The notes beneath the pieces were generated by a model, which had not been told where the DNA came from, searched no databases, and worked only from the letters and a program-made list of their open reading frames with translations. Shown piece by piece: positions 62,601 to 64,000 of a stretch of DNA of 64,000 nucleotides. The position numbers and the translations under genes are program-made. Where the stretch lies: contig NC_135804.1 of the NCBI RefSeq assembly GCF_964213995.1, forward strand, positions 49,786,001-49,850,000, in the 5' to 3' direction. Position 1 is the first letter of the stretch. Every line of letters begins with the position of its first letter. Origin of the DNA: Mustelus asterias. Taxonomy: Eukaryota.

Positions 62601-64000
62601 ACCCCAACGGCTCAGGTGGTAAGATTCCACCCTTGGCTGTTAAGCACTTTGGAACATCCTGAAATTGTGGAAGGCAATATATAAAGAAATATTTTTAATG
62701 TACCCCAGTGAGTTAAAAAATGACCTATGTTATACTCCTTAAACAATGTGCTTGTAGAAACATCCTGTCCCCCCCGGCCCCCCAATCAATTAACAATTAT
62801 CATAAATGATACAGTAAATGTGAATCATCTTTGTCACTGGCAATTAACATTATATATAAACATATTGTTTGTTTCAACACTTTCTCTTGGAAGTTTAATG
62901 ACATTTGCAGAAAAAAATTTCCCAACAAAATTTGACAGTTTTTATGCCTGTTCTAATGTGTTAATTAAAATAACTCTCCATATAACACTCCAAAAGAAAG
63001 CAGTGGACTGAGCAGAGGGCTGTGGGAAGCTCACACATGTTCCTTTCAGCAGAAGGTTGGGTCATCCTACTTTCCCTGCTGGTAACTGGAAAGTCCTTGA
63101 GAGATTGTTGAGGTTATACAAGTTTTTCAGAGATAGGAGACCGAGAATCATAATTAGAGACAACTAACTCAATGTATAATAAAACTAGCAGATAGAACAC
63201 ATTGTCCTTTATAGGGAAGTTTGATTTAACTTTTAACTAAAATAGAAGGTGGAAATGCTACAATGGGGGCCTCTAGTTTCTCTGAAATTACAGGATTTTG
63301 TTTTCTTATTGACAATTATATATTTTGCTGTACAGTAGGTTTTGAACAAATAGTGTACAATGAAACTTGAGTTTAATATTTTACTAATATTATCATTTTT
63401 GTTGAAACTTTTTGCTGATCTTGTAGTTTTTTTTTACTACTGGAAGCTGCCTTGCTCCTTGGTGCAATGCATTCAGATATTTAATCATCACAGCTCCTTA
63501 AAAGGTGGCGTTTTGAGGGTTTAGTATTAGGGCAATGTGGTATTCCCATCTTGTTAGTGCCATACTTGCATTGCGTGCTTTGTAATGGGTGTGTTTCGAA
63601 CAGTCATAGTTGTTTTCACTAGTGACAGGTGAGAGTGTTATAAATATACAAACAGTGAAGCCTAATGACTTATGAAAGACTGTGACATGATTTTAATGCA
63701 ATTGCACATTTGGAGTCCATTATCGGCTTTGACAGTGAGAAAACTGACACCAATTGAAAGTAATATTTAATTTTTAGTGCTTCCACCGTGCCCAGGATGA
63801 AAGGAGGGTCTCTGGCCTCCACCAAACAATCATTGGCTTCCCCATCTCTCCATGGACATGATCACCTCCAGATTCCTCCACCATCCAAAACACTCATCTG
63901 ACTGCCAAGGACTCTCCACAAGGGTCACCTGTAGTGGCCTCCCACCACTGGCCATCTTGTTCCTGCCCATCAGCCAAGCTCCTGCTGGGATTGGGTGGGC

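Overview
Vertebrate genomic DNA, most likely a shark (inferred from HE1/V-SINE-type SINEs, abundant CR1 LINEs and Penelope-derived repeats). It is not prokaryotic and contains no CRISPR array, rRNA gene or intact tRNA gene. Three spliced genes lie on the minus strand. (1) PSKH1 Ser/Thr kinase: CpG-rich promoter, non-coding exon 1 and the large coding exon at 19123-20064; the last coding exon was not found and presumably lies left of the window. (2) A complete 7-exon CTRL-like chymotrypsin (31496-40649, 261 aa). (3) A complete 7-exon chymotrypsin A/B-like gene (50059-60982, 265 aa). The rest is mostly repeats: 5'-truncated CR1 LINEs, tRNA-derived SINEs, solo LTRs, GC-rich MITEs and Penelope remnants. 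The most notable observations are: a repeated U2 snRNA-derived element (one copy with a U1-like head); palindromic Penelope-derived elements carrying paired minimal hammerhead ribozymes inside introns; reciprocal disulfide remodelling in the two chymotrypsins (Cys1/Cys122 lost in one, Cys74/Cys153 gained in the other); a perfect 108-bp templated inverted duplication upstream of the CTRL-like gene; and two uORFs on PSKH1. All exon models and alignments were done by eye, and repeat boundaries are approximate.
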